This document shows positions 50,991 through 60,725 of a stretch of 64,000 nucleotides of DNA, in pieces. The DNA is from an uncultured delta proteobacterium (GTDB lineage: Bacteria > Myxococcota_A > Polyangia > Fen-1088): NCBI GenBank assembly GCA_963755125.1, contig CAVWIP010000007.1, positions 135,453 through 199,452 on the forward strand. The letters are read 5' to 3'. Made by a program: the position numbers and the translations under genes. Below the pieces are notes generated by a model. The model saw only the letters and a list, made by a program, of their open reading frames with translations. It had not been told where the DNA came from and did no database searches. Position 1 is the first letter of the stretch. Every line of letters starts with the position of its first letter.

Positions 50991-51332
50991 GGAATCCCCC
51001 ATGGCGTCCGCGGTGCCTTGGGGGATCCTCATCATGCTTACCGGGATGGACATGATCATGATGGCCGGGATCGGCCTGGCGCGCCTCATGGTCCCTACAG
51101 ATCATGGCTTCGCTGGGTTTTTCCCTGGAAGGCCATGTGGAACGGCTTGAGGGCAAGCCCAGGTGGGCGAGTGACGGCTGTGGGCTAGTCAGCGCGCGAC
51201 GTCGAGAATGTACGTGGCGCGGACGCCACGACGGGCACTGGAGGGACCGCAGCCCGGCGGCTCCCCCTTCACTTTCCAGCTTGGCCGAGCGGGCTTATGG
51301 AGTTCGTCAGCTTGGCAGGCAGGGATGGTCCC

Positions 51333-52082
51333 ATGCAGTCTGATATCATCCCAGATGCCATGCCCCTTCACGATGAAAATTTCTCCGTTGCCTTCACGCT
51401 CCCTCGTCTTCGAGACCTCTTTTTCCTGGAATTAAAGGGTGCGGGCATCGCGAGTGGCCTCGATACTTGTCCGCCAAGCGACGTCTCGCCCGAGGCCTAT
51501 GAGCGGTTGGCGACTGAAGTGGAAGAACGCTTCCGTACGGATGTCCCCGAGCCTTCCAGCCCTGCGCTTGCAGGCCCGAGTCGAAAGCGCGTCGCGCGGT
51601 CTCCAGCTATCCGGTGTTTCTTCCTAGCGAAGGCATTCTTGGAAGCCTGTGAATATGAGAGGCACTGTGCTTTCGTCGAGAGCTTCGAGGACTTGGTGGC
51701 CCTGCAAAATGAGGGGAATGAGGTTTTCAAGCGGTTTCGTCTACGCCGGGAGAGACTTCAGTCTGCGATCCAAGCTCTTGAGATCGCTCCATTCCCTCGG
51801 AAGGACTGGGAACCGATCATTGCATCCTGGAAAGAGTTCCATGCGGCTCTCCTATCATTCCCCCTACCTCCTGAATCGCCTGTTTACATCGCTCCAATGA
51901 CGCGAGAAAAGGTCTTCGAGGAGTGCCGCAATAGAGTCGCGGCACTCCTCGATAAGACCGGGCTCCCACCCGCAGACATCGGGCCGGTGTTCTATGGCGA
52001 TTACGACCAAGACCCCGATCATGCCTGGGGTCGTTTCAAGCACTGGTGCTGCGAGGCCCGGAAGAAGAAGTACGTGCTCTGA
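51333..52082 (+). CDS. Hypothetical protein, paralog A (possible C-terminal HTH)
   Basis: Shares SVAFT.PRL, SPE.YERLA, DVPEP and RC..LA.A..E.C with 52385-53110. Confidence 0.75.
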   Translation: MQSDIIPDAMPLHDENFSVAFTLPRLRDLFFLELKGAGIASGLDTCPPSDVSPEAYERLATEVEERFRTDVPEPSSPALAGPSRKRVARSPAIRCFFLAKAFLEACEYERHCAFVESFEDLVALQNEGNEVFKRFRLRRERLQSAIQALEIAPFPRKDWEPIIASWKEFHAALLSFPLPPESPVYIAPMTREKVFEECRNRVAALLDKTGLPPADIGPVFYGDYDQDPDHAWGRFKHWCCEARKKKYVL

Positions 52083-52384
52083 ATGTCGGGCCATGTGAAT
52101 CACCGTCTTCCCATCGGGTTCTCTCACACGCACGGAGGCCCCTCTGTGGCTCCATCAATTTCCGGGTCATGTCCGGGGCGTTCGCGAGGTTGGATATCAA
52201 ACGTTGACATGCCCACCGGGCGGCGTCCCAGAGCGGGGCTTGAGGCTCACCGTCGAGAACGGACTCGGGTGGGGGAAGCCGCGACTTCCCATCCGTCTCC
52301 ACCAGCACGGACGAGTGGGCGCGTTGGGGTGTCTAGCAGCGCGGCCCGGCATGTTTTTCACGCCCTGATACAATCTCCGGCGCT

Positions 52385-53110
52385 ATGGGTCATCTATCTG
52401 TGGCCTTCACGGTCCCTCGTCTTGGAAAACTCTTGCTGCGGGAGCTAAGGCTTGCCCGTCATGAGATCGACCCCGCCGATCAGGAGCCCCGCGAGATCTC
52501 ACCCGAGTCCTACGAACGCCTGGCCATCCGAGAGGTAGAACGCTACGGTGCCGACGTTCCCGAGCCCGCCATCTTTGTGTCTCCGGGCCGGCGGAAGAGA
52601 AGGCGACGGCTTCAGCGCGCCAAGGTTTCCCAGACCGTGCGTTGTGTCTACTTGGCGAGGGCGCTCAAAGAAGTCTGTGCTCTTGAGAGAGTACGCGCTG
52701 CGTGCCAGGCCGCAGTTGAAGTGGCGGCTGTGTGCCGCGATCTGAACGACTACTACAAGCGGCGTCGCGTCCGTCTCACGGCAGGACAGAACCGACTCGA
52801 TGCTCTTGGAAGCACGCCATTCCGTGACAAGGCGGCGAACCAGAGCCTTGTGGATCTGAAGGCTTTTTTCGCCGCGCTTCTCCAGTCAGCTCCCCTGCCT
52901 GTTGAGTCGGTTGTTACCCTCCCGATCAAAGAGCCAGCGCAGTTCTCCCAGGAATCCTGGGCTAAGATCTCCCATCTCCTTCGCGAGGCCGGACTGACCC
53001 AGGCTGAAGCCGCGTCGCTGCTCTATGACGACTTTGACAGCAAAACCAAGAGCGCGAAGAATCGTTTCGGCCAAAAGGCCTTCCGCGCCAGGAAGAGAAG
53101 AGCCCGCTAA
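52385..53110 (+). CDS. Hypothetical protein, paralog B (possible C-terminal HTH)
   Basis: Paralog of 51333-52082; LREAGLTQAEAASLL HTH-like segment; basic C-terminus. Confidence 0.75.
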   Translation: MGHLSVAFTVPRLGKLLLRELRLARHEIDPADQEPREISPESYERLAIREVERYGADVPEPAIFVSPGRRKRRRRLQRAKVSQTVRCVYLARALKEVCALERVRAACQAAVEVAAVCRDLNDYYKRRRVRLTAGQNRLDALGSTPFRDKAANQSLVDLKAFFAALLQSAPLPVESVVTLPIKEPAQFSQESWAKISHLLREAGLTQAEAASLLYDDFDSKTKSAKNRFGQKAFRARKRRAR

Positions 53111-53160
53111 CAGTCGAGCCCCATCGATACTTCGCCGGGCGGCTCGCCTTCGCCTATCTG

Positions 53161-54163
53161 GTGGATGCGACGCTCGGGAGCCGCCGCATATCCCGGCGGC
53201 CACGGGCGCCCCGGCCATGTTTTCGTGGCCATGACCTGGAGGTCTCGCGCCTGCTGGGCTCGCGGGCCGGTGGGCGGGCGCCTGACGGTCGGGTGGCCGC
53301 CGATCGGAGCCTCCACGTCGATCAGCTCAAGGAGAAGTGGGGCCGGCTCACGGTCTACTTCACGCCGCTGGAGGATGCGGCGGCCCCGGCGCCAACCGCG
53401 GCCGGGATGCCCGGCGACGAGCTGGACCGGGCGGTCGACGAGGCGGAGGAGGAGTCCGAGCGGACGTGCATGGTTTGCGGCAAGCCCGGGACATGCGAGA
53501 AGCGGGGGCGCTGGGTGACAGTGCTGTGCGAGCCGTGCGTGCAGCTCTTCGAGATCTCGGAGGCTTGCAGGAGCATCGCGGAGCGGCTGGAGGGCCTGGG
53601 CCTGCGCCTGGGCCTGGGCCTGCGCCTGGGCCTGGGCCTGGGGCCTGGGCCTGGCCGCGTTCACCGCGGACGCGAGCGCCCAGGACGCCGTCAGGCTCGC
53701 GCTGGTGTGCATCGGCCACGCGGCGTCCGGCCAGCCCCCGAAGTCGCGGGAGAGGCTCCCGGGCATCGAGTGGGACAGATTGAAACATCTCAAGGACGCC
53801 GCGGCCGTCAAGGCCATGCCCGTGGGCGAGCTGTGGAGGTTCGCCATCGAGGAGGCCCCCGGCCCTGGAAAAGAAATTGCGATGAAGGTTGCCGGCTCAA
53901 CCTACGGCGAGCTTGTCGCCCTCCGGGCGAAGACCGTCTTCGAGCGGGCCAAGCTCCTCGCTGCCTCGGGCGACAGGAGCCGCCTCGACATGACGGCGGC
54001 GCACGTCCTGTCCCTCCTCGAACGGTTCCCGGTCCTCTACCGGGAGGCGTGGGCCACGCCCTCGAACGCGGCCCGCCCCTTCGCGCGTGACGGCTTCGAC
54101 GTGAGCGACGGCTGGTTCGGCATCATCGAGCGGATGTCCGCGAAGCTGCGCGATCTCGCATAG
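53161..54163 (+). pseudogene. Frameshifted fusion gene: phage-type KEK(F/W)G/Zn domain + HepT/DUF86-like domain + GDGW-type segment
   Basis: Frame 1 QLKEKWGRL..CMVCGKPG..W..LC; +1 shift in a repeat at ~53640; frame 2 QDAV....IG.AA...R...P.I.W; start uncertain. Confidence 0.65.
53592..53653 (+). repeat. Hexanucleotide microsatellite (GSGCCT)x10 with one 7-nt unit
   Basis: gggcct gggcct gcgcct gggcct gggcct gcgcct gggcct gggcct ggggcct gggcct. Confidence 0.9.
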
Positions 54164-54432
54164 CCCCCATGCCAGGAGGCGGCGAACGGGAAATGCGGGA
54201 TGGGGAACGATCGACGGGCGCGACGGGCGCTGACAGATATTTCGTCGGTTTAACTCGCGCGAAAAGTTGCTCTCTCTGACCGTTTTCTGTACCTCAACCC
54301 CTTGAATTTGAGGGGTTTCTCTCCATCTCTCACCGGCAGGAATAATCTGTCGGTCCCCGTGGGCGTTGTATCCTTACAGATAGGGCATCCGTGTCACCCC
54401 ACCACCTCGGGCGCCGCACCAAGGGGGGACAC

Positions 54433-55620
54433 ATGCCATCAGCCAAGACCCAGGACGAGCGCGAGCAGGCCGCCGCTTATAGCGAGGACGATGATCCAAT
54501 CGTCGGCCGTCGCGTCCATGAGCTGCTCAACACGGAGCCCGGCCACCACCCTCCGCCCGATTCTAGTGTCATTGCTCCAGAGTCTTTTCTTGGCCAGATG
54601 TTCGCACGGGCGAACTCCGGCCCGGTGATCCCGAAAGAACCGACCGCGGCCGACGAGGCCGCGTTCTACGCGAGATTGAGGGAGGAAGACGAGCTGCCGC
54701 CGGTCTCGGACAGCTATCAGGCGCGTCCGTCGATAACGGAACTCCGGAAGTCGCTGCGCGAACGACTCCACCCGCTCGTTGAAGGCCCGATCGAGACGAT
54801 CGAGATCCCACTCGAAAAGATCTTGGACGACGATTTCGAGAGGCGCTCGGCCACGGATCCAGACGATCAGGCCCGGCTGGTGGCTTCCATCTCCACTTCA
54901 GGTTTGATTAATCCGTTGACGGTCCGCCGCGACGAGCACGATCCAGAACTCTATCACTTGATTTGCGGTGCGCACCGGCTGGACGCCCTGAGAACGCTGA
55001 AAAAGAGCCACGCTCGCTGCACGGTGCGCGGCCCCCTCAGCGAGCGTGACACCCTCCTGTTGAATCTCGGCGAGAATCTCGCGCGGCGGACACTCACTTC
55101 CTTTCAGTTGGCTTCCCAGATCGAACTGATCGTCCGAAAATTCCTGCTCAAACCAGAGGAAATTGCGGGCGCATTGGGCCTCAGCGCGGTCCACGTCAGA
55201 TCGATGTTGCGCTATCTCTCTACCTTGCCGCCCGATGTGGTCTCCGATTGGCGCGCAGGCCATCCCGCTCTCACCCACAGGATGCTCGCCCGTATCGTGC
55301 GGGAGCCTTTCCCGTCGCGGGTCTGGCAGTCCATCCGTTCGCGTTCGGAGATTGCCGAGAACGCCGTTCCGACAACATTCGTCCCGAGCGAAAACGACGC
55401 CGACGAAAGTGGCTGGGAACCTTTCAAAAGACCGACGAGGGCCAAGCTCGCCCGGCTCCGGGACATCTTGATGCGGGCGAAGCTCCCCGTCGACCCAGAA
55501 AGACTTCGCGAGCTGCTGGTCGGCGTGGTCGACTGGACGAGAGGGGCGAAGCGCTCGATTCCGCATCTGTTGGCCCCGCCGCTCAAGGCACGACCCCGGC
55601 CCCGCCGTGGCCCTCGGTGA
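54433..55620 (+). CDS. ParB/RepB/Spo0J family protein
   Basis: LVASI..SGLINPLTVR, LICGAHRLDA, EN..R..L, HTH (EEIAGALGLS..HV). Confidence 0.85.
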   Translation: MPSAKTQDEREQAAAYSEDDDPIVGRRVHELLNTEPGHHPPPDSSVIAPESFLGQMFARANSGPVIPKEPTAADEAAFYARLREEDELPPVSDSYQARPSITELRKSLRERLHPLVEGPIETIEIPLEKILDDDFERRSATDPDDQARLVASISTSGLINPLTVRRDEHDPELYHLICGAHRLDALRTLKKSHARCTVRGPLSERDTLLLNLGENLARRTLTSFQLASQIELIVRKFLLKPEEIAGALGLSAVHVRSMLRYLSTLPPDVVSDWRAGHPALTHRMLARIVREPFPSRVWQSIRSRSEIAENAVPTTFVPSENDADESGWEPFKRPTRAKLARLRDILMRAKLPVDPERLRELLVGVVDWTRGAKRSIPHLLAPPLKARPRPRRGPR

Positions 55621-55925
55621 GGTGACACCGTGAAGCTGTTGCGGCACGTGCCCGATCGTCCTCTCCCGAGGGGTGGAAGTGATGCCCACCGGCGGGGAAT
55701 GCTGCCTTCTCCTCGCCCGGCCGGGCGTGGCGCCGTCCCTGCGGGGACTCGCGGGGCCGGCTTGGCCGCAACAATTTTCGACGGTGTTGCTTCGTCGCGA
55801 ACTGTGGTGGACGGCGCCGCCGGCAATCCTGCTGGCGGCGCCGGCAATCCTGCTGGCGGCGCCGGTGCGACGACTGATCGACCTTCCTCCGAAGACAACG
55901 AAACCCCCAACAAGGATTGTTGAAG

Positions 55926-56390
55926 ATGCCTGCATTGCCCTGGCTGCCCCCAATATGCCCGATTGCCTCCTCCTTCGATCGGGGGACGCCCGACCGGCCG
56001 GTAGCGTCTGACTCTTACCCCGAGCGCTCCAATCGAGCGAGCGCCGCGGTGGCCAATCCGTCACCGCAACAGACCGGCGGCCGGCCCGTGGAGGCACACC
56101 CGGAATTCACTGGGGGCGCAAGCTCGGCGGTGGTCAATTACCACGCCGGTGAGATCCCGCGATCGCAGACGTTCGGCCGCGCGATTGATGTCTCGGGCGA
56201 CATCGGGGGCGCGACCAGCGCAGCGACGACCATCTCAGGCGACGGCCCCCAGCAGCAGCAACTGCCCGGCCTGCCGAGGGACGTTTTCCCCGACCAGACT
56301 GGCAGCGCCACCGCCGCAGCCGGCCCGCCGCCCGGGCTGGTCGAGCCACAGATTTTCACGGGAGCGACAGTGAACGTAACCATCCGATAG
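55926..56390 (+). CDS. Hypothetical low-complexity protein
   Basis: CAACAAGGA RBS motif at 55897-55916; no recognisable domain. Confidence 0.35.
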   Translation: MPALPWLPPICPIASSFDRGTPDRPVASDSYPERSNRASAAVANPSPQQTGGRPVEAHPEFTGGASSAVVNYHAGEIPRSQTFGRAIDVSGDIGGATSAATTISGDGPQQQQLPGLPRDVFPDQTGSATAAAGPPPGLVEPQIFTGATVNVTIR

Positions 56391-56711
56391 GAGCTATCCA
56401 TGGCAAGCGCAAGACGAGTGATGCTCGGCAAGCTGATCGACACCGCGTTTTCTCTTCCCGATCGCCCGTTCGAGCGTCGTCCGCGCTTTGTCAACAGCGC
56501 GGCGGCCGACGACTACATGTAGCGCCTGCAAAAGTGCGGCAGGAAGGCCATGGATCGCGAGCTGCACGATGCCACCTACGGCGACGCAGGCCGCCGCGAA
56601 CGTCTTCGCCTGGCGCCAGGTCGCGCTGTCGCAAGGGCCTCCGTCTTCTTGGCGGGCTTGTTCCGGACACCGGCAATGGCGCCGCGCCGTTCGCGAGGCC
56701 CGGGCCGACAA

Positions 56712-57938
56712 TCATTGACTCTGGGTCCAGGTCTCCCCGGAGTCCGCCGACGTGTAGATGTACCCGTCGCTGGGGGAGTAGGGGTCGTACCAGGCCACGG
56801 CGACGAGCTTCGTGCCGTCAGATGACGACGCCACGGATTGCCATTCCTCCGGGGGAGCAGTCACGAGCTTCGTGCCGCCGTCCGCTGACGACGCCATGGG
56901 TTGACATTCCTGTTTGGGAGCAGTCCTCTTCGTCCAGGTCGTCCCGGAGTCAGATGACGTATAGATGTAGTCGTAGTTGGCCACGGCGACGAGATGTGTG
57001 CCATCCGCTGACGACGCCACGGATTGCCATTGCTCCGGGGGAGCAGTCGTCAGCGTCCAGGTCACCCCGTAGTCAGATGAGATGTAGATACCGCCGTAGG
57101 GCACGGCGGCGATGAGCTTCGTGCCGTCCGCTGACGACGCCACGGACGACCATCCTTGCTGGGTACTACCAGTCTGCTGGGTCCAGGTCGCCCCGGAGTC
57201 CATGGATGTATAGATGTAATCTACGTTGTAGATGCCGCCGGCGACGGCGACGAGATTCGTGCCGTCAGATGACGATGCCACGGACCACCATTCTTGCCGG
57301 GTGCCGGTCTGGGTCCAGGTCGCCCCGGAGTCAGATGACGTGTAGATGTAACCTGCGTTGTAGTAGCCGCTGACCACGGCGACGAGCTTCGTGCCGTCCG
57401 CTGACGACGCCACGGACTTCCATTCCTGCTGAGTACCAGTCTGGGTCCAGGTCGCCCCGGAGTCAGATGACGTGTAGACATAGCCGCCGACCCAGTTGCC
57501 GGCAGGGTCTAGCATGTAGCCCACGGCGACGAGCTTCGTGCCATCCGCTGACGACGCCACGGATTGCCAGAGCTGCTGGGGAGCAGTCGTCAGCGTCCAG
57601 GTCGCCCCGGAGTCTGTCGACCTGTAGATGTAGCCGCCGACCATGGCGCCGCCGGCGACGGAACCAGATGCCGTGTAGACAGAGCCGCCGACCATGATGC
57701 CGTCGGCGACGGCGACGAGCTTCGTGCCGTCCGCTGACGACGCCACGGATACCCAATACTGCGGCGCGCTGCTATTGCCGGCGATGCCGGTCATGCCCGA
57801 ACTCCCGGTCGCGCCCCCGGACGCGCATGTGCTCCCGTCAGTGTTGGACGCTCCGCTCCCTCCACTACCGCACCCACCTGCCCCCGTGACGACGAGCACG
57901 GACAACGCAGCCAACTTCACAAGAATACGATTCGGCAT
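56712..57938 (-). CDS. Lipoprotein with BNR/Asp-box repeats (beta-propeller)
   Basis: Lipobox GGC; about 8 repeats of W.SVASSADGTKLVAV...YIYTSSDSGATWT. Confidence 0.88.
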   Translation of the reverse strand: MPNRILVKLAALSVLVVTGAGGCGSGGSGASNTDGSTCASGGATGSSGMTGIAGNSSAPQYWVSVASSADGTKLVAVADGIMVGGSVYTASGSVAGGAMVGGYIYRSTDSGATWTLTTAPQQLWQSVASSADGTKLVAVGYMLDPAGNWVGGYVYTSSDSGATWTQTGTQQEWKSVASSADGTKLVAVVSGYYNAGYIYTSSDSGATWTQTGTRQEWWSVASSSDGTNLVAVAGGIYNVDYIYTSMDSGATWTQQTGSTQQGWSSVASSADGTKLIAAVPYGGIYISSDYGVTWTLTTAPPEQWQSVASSADGTHLVAVANYDYIYTSSDSGTTWTKRTAPKQECQPMASSADGGTKLVTAPPEEWQSVASSSDGTKLVAVAWYDPYSPSDGYIYTSADSGETWTQSQ

Positions 57939-58102
57939 GGGATCTCCATTTGCTCGCGACTTAGGAACCGATGACGCTGCATCGGCCACGCGGGCATGCG
58001 TACACAAACCAGTCCCCTCGATGGGGAGTCGAGATGGTGCCCCCGGGCGAAGTGAACTGCCCCAGCGGCGTGATGCAAGCCTCGATGAGGAAGTGTGTCG
58101 TT

Positions 58103-59761
58103 TCATTCGGAATCCTTGTTTCGCGTCTTCTTCACCTTCTTCTTGGCGTGCGGCGATCTCACGGGCTTGTCTTGTTCGGGCGGCGGACTTGGCGCTGCCT
58201 TTGTGTCGTGCTGTTCAAGCGGCGCCACCTCGGGGACGGGAGGAGCCGATTCGCTCGGTTCGGTGGAACTCGTCCGCGGCTTTTCGGGTGCTTCCCCAAG
58301 CCGTGTGCTGCCACCCAGGGTGAAGTAGATGGCCTCAGATTGCACTTCGGTCGTAACAGGGTTTCCGTTGGCATCGCTTCCAGGGACCGATACGCCGGTG
58401 CCGATCGTGGCGATGAGGCCGATGGTGGTCGTCGAACTTGTTCCCTTGAGGGAGACGCCTGCGGTGACGCCGTAGTGGTTGACGTGTGGGTGCAACGGGT
58501 CGATGAGGGCGTCCGGCTGGCCCGAAAAGTCCGTGAAGAACCCGGCCTGAAAGGCGGTCTTGGGGCTCAGACGGTACTGAGCGCCGAGGTTCACATTGAC
58601 CACCGTCGAGCGCCCGAGCGGAACTCCGATGTCGATGAGGGGACCGACCTGCTGACCATTGGCATCAAAGGCATAGAGAGCGGGGATATTTTTATTAGCG
58701 GGGTCGGTGATTCCGGTCTTAACGCTCTGGTATGTGGACTCGGGTAGGGACAGGCTGACGTCTGCTGCGAGCAACCAGTCTTGCAAGTCTATTCCCACGC
58801 CAAGGCGCATGTTGAGGGGCAGCCGCTGGTCGATCTTGAGATTGTTGTCGGTGGCGCGTCGCACGGCACCAGGCGCGCCGTAGTTCGCGTCCATCACCAG
58901 GGTGCTGCCACTGCCCCATAGAGTCCCTACCGGCGAGCGCACGCTGAGGCCGAGCCATGTGTTGTCGCTCGCCCGGTACTGGATGCCAACTGACATCCCC
59001 GCTTCGATCGCCGAGAAGTCATCCTGCTCGACGGTCGAATCTGCCCCGTTGGGCAGCACGGTAGCAACTCCCTGCTCAAAGAACGAATACAATCCTGTTG
59101 AACTCCAGTAACCCACTTGCAAAGAGGCGCCCGCGCAGAGTCGAGCGCCAAAGCAGGCTCCCCAGCCAGGCACGATCCATAGGGTCTGTTCGAGAAGACG
59201 CTCCCGGACGTGGAATTCGTATATTCCCTTGTACTGATCGTCGAGGGCGACGTCGTGGCGGGCGTAGTCAGGTATCACAAGGGCCAGGCCGACAGCGTGG
59301 TGAATTCCATCACCGAAGACGCCCAGCGGCTTCACATACCCGACGGAGCCAGGGAAGATCGCGGTGGTCCACCCGGTCAGAGCGAGGCCGTATTCGATGT
59401 TCGCGGTCCGTTCAAACTGTACTCCGTAGACGTTGAGCGTGGCCGAGATCCCCTCCTCCGTGACACGGCCCAAGCCCGCCGGGTTGTACCAGGGGGCGGT
59501 ACCGTCATGCGTGACTGCCACAGCGGCGCCACCCATTGTGCTCGCCAGCTCGCCCACCGGGTACGGCTGATCGCTTGTTGCCGCCCGTGCATCGGTTGAG
59601 GCAATCAGCAGAGCCCCAAGAATCCCCAAGGACTCGAAGGAACACCGCCAGAATCGCAACACTCGACCTCTCCCCACATGCGCATAGCCGTTTGCCCCTA
59701 TCACGGACACGGGGTGGGATGCGCCGCCGACAACCTCGGGCCGGGCGAACTCGGATTTCAT
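58103..59761 (-). CDS. FadL/OmpP1-like outer-membrane transporter
   Basis: MGGAAVA...D..A.WYNPAGL hatch motif, beta-strand pattern, LP..MRLG; start uncertain. Confidence 0.75.
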   Translation of the reverse strand: MKSEFARPEVVGGASHPVSVIGANGYAHVGRGRVLRFWRCSFESLGILGALLIASTDARAATSDQPYPVGELASTMGGAAVAVTHDGTAPWYNPAGLGRVTEEGISATLNVYGVQFERTANIEYGLALTGWTTAIFPGSVGYVKPLGVFGDGIHHAVGLALVIPDYARHDVALDDQYKGIYEFHVRERLLEQTLWIVPGWGACFGARLCAGASLQVGYWSSTGLYSFFEQGVATVLPNGADSTVEQDDFSAIEAGMSVGIQYRASDNTWLGLSVRSPVGTLWGSGSTLVMDANYGAPGAVRRATDNNLKIDQRLPLNMRLGVGIDLQDWLLAADVSLSLPESTYQSVKTGITDPANKNIPALYAFDANGQQVGPLIDIGVPLGRSTVVNVNLGAQYRLSPKTAFQAGFFTDFSGQPDALIDPLHPHVNHYGVTAGVSLKGTSSTTTIGLIATIGTGVSVPGSDANGNPVTTEVQSEAIYFTLGGSTRLGEAPEKPRTSSTEPSESAPPVPEVAPLEQHDTKAAPSPPPEQDKPVRSPHAKKKVKKTRNKDSE

Positions 59762-60011
59762 GGCCAGACTCCTTCTCGAAGACCGTCAGCCTCAGCCCCG
59801 GGCATCTGCACCCTCCGGCTCGGGGTCCGGATCGTCTCCGCCGTGGGCCGGATACCCGCGACACTCCTCTCATCGGCCGGCCAGGGGCGCCGCTTTAGGC
59901 CAACCATGATCAGCGCAGGCGCACCCCTCCGGCCAGGCGCCAGGCGCCCCGTGGTGTTCGTCCGGGACGAACTACTGGACCGCTGGAAGCGCATAGGGTC
60001 GACGCCGCCAG

Positions 60012-60356
60012 ATGCCACGACGGAACTCCCCAGACGCGGACGCGAAGGCCATCGGGCGCCGAATACGCGCGCTCCGACGCGAGGCCGGGCTCACCCAGGA
60101 GAAGCTGGCCTACGAGAGCGACCTCGGGTCGAAGGGCTACCTGTCGGACATCGAGCATGGCCTGGCCCTCCCGACCGTGAAGACCCTCCGCGTGCTGGCC
60201 GAACGCCTCGACGTCCTGCCGCTCGATCTGATCACGAATCCGGCGGCCGGCCTGAGACAGAAGCTCATCGATCGCACGCGCGGCCTGACCGCGGGTGCCC
60301 TGCGGAAGCTGCTCCGGCAGTTCCCGTCGCCGCGCTCGCCGCGCGGCACCCCTTGA
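60012..60356 (+). CDS. XRE-family HTH transcriptional regulator
   Basis: IGRRIRALRREAGLTQEKLA...YLSDIEHG...P....L..LA..L. Confidence 0.92.
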   Translation: MPRRNSPDADAKAIGRRIRALRREAGLTQEKLAYESDLGSKGYLSDIEHGLALPTVKTLRVLAERLDVLPLDLITNPAAGLRQKLIDRTRGLTAGALRKLLRQFPSPRSPRGTP

Positions 60357-60725
60357 GCTAGCCAGAGGAGTCCAAACTGGCCATGCGCGCTCCGAAGCGT
60401 TGCCAGGACCAGGACCCGCGACTGTGCCCTGGAGTCCTTCCGGCCGGGGGCTGCTCGTCTTCCCCACAGTGTACGCCTCTGCCTGCAAGGCGCCCCAGGG
60501 CACCGCCGCCAGGCTGGGCACCGCCATCTCCAGGCGCATGGAGCCCGGGCGCACCGCCCCGCAAGGAAAGGCCGATGTCGCCGCGATGGCGTGCCGCACG
60601 CACGCCCGGCCGAGCACGCGGAGCACGTCGATGAGGGCGTTTGCGCGCCTCGGCCGTCTCCACGGGCTCGGGCGGGGCGGCGAGCCGGCGACGCTAGATG
60701 TCGGCGACGGTTAGCATGTGGAGCG

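Noticed and set aside
55814..55865. Short tandem duplication of GCCGGCAATCCTGCTGGCGGC
   Set aside because: Only two copies and no supporting context; probably slippage
56790..57755. Regular ~40-bp near-identical repeats resembling a CRISPR array
   Set aside because: They are in-frame coding repeats of the BNR lipoprotein, the spacers are homologous to each other, and there are no cas genes
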